Source: Alphaproteobacteria bacterium (GTDB lineage: Bacteria; Pseudomonadota; Alphaproteobacteria; UBA11222). Taken from it: 64,000 nucleotides of DNA. Below are positions 63,958 to 64,000 of the stretch, in pieces. The stretch's first letter is position 1. Each line of letters opens with the position of its first letter. The stretch is from positions 798 through 64,797 of the forward strand of contig JBBQCS010000006.1 in assembly GCA_038318895.1 (NCBI GenBank), read 5' to 3'. The translations under genes were made by a program, and so were the position numbers. Under the pieces are notes generated by a model. That model was not told the origin of the DNA and made no database searches. It worked only from the letters and a program-made list of their open reading frames with translations.

Positions 63958-64000
63958 TTGTGCTTTCCACGGGAGACGTGCGCTGCCCGCAGTGCGGCGT

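Noticed and set aside
1-64000. Searched for CRISPR arrays, IS elements or transposases, integrases, and phage structural or defence-system genes
   Set aside because: I found no array of short direct repeats with spacers and no transposase, integrase or recombinase-like ORFs. All three tRNAs lack an adjacent integrase or a visible att duplication. The only accessory-type cargo is the VapBC pair and the low-GC genes described in the findings.

Overview
This 64 kb window reads as a core chromosomal segment of an alphaproteobacterium at roughly 58-62% GC. It is densely packed, with most genes on the minus strand. Housekeeping synteny runs throughout: tRNA-Val / hupB / lon / clpX / clpP / tig; then lpxA-fabZ-lpxD-skp-bamA-rseP-dxr-cdsA-uppS-frr-pyrH-tsf-rpsB-dnaE; then sdhCDAB; then dxs-ispA-xseB. 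Three tRNA genes are present (Val-TAC, Arg-ACG, Leu-TAG). I found no CRISPR array, transposase, integrase or phage gene. Small accessory or atypical patches sit between the housekeeping blocks. (1) A low-GC (~47%) gene encodes a membrane-anchored protein with seven to eight strictly 43-residue TPR-like repeats, next to a VapBC toxin-antitoxin pair. (2) A low-GC (~46-50%) SulP anion transporter lies immediately downstream of the tRNA-Arg 3' end. (3) A coiled-coil lipoprotein with a degenerate OmpA-like C-terminus sits next to an LLM flavin oxidoreductase, and a P1 (DmpA-type) aminopeptidase and gamma-glutamyltransferase are transcribed divergently. (4) A sensor histidine kinase appears co-transcribed with trans-aconitate methyltransferase and glucokinase, with no response regulator. 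(5) About 300 bp carry a frameshifted, internally deleted relic of a third LLM-family gene. (6) One cold-shock protein has two tandem cold-shock domains joined by a poly-Gly linker. (7) A methionine-salvage cluster (mtnP-apt-mtnA-class II aldolase) plus an HDAC-family gene has the composition of the DHAP-shunt variant. It lies directly beside dxs-ispA-xseB. All coordinates were read by eye from the sequence and the ORF track. Several start codons were moved inward from the longest-ORF start, based on conserved N-termini.
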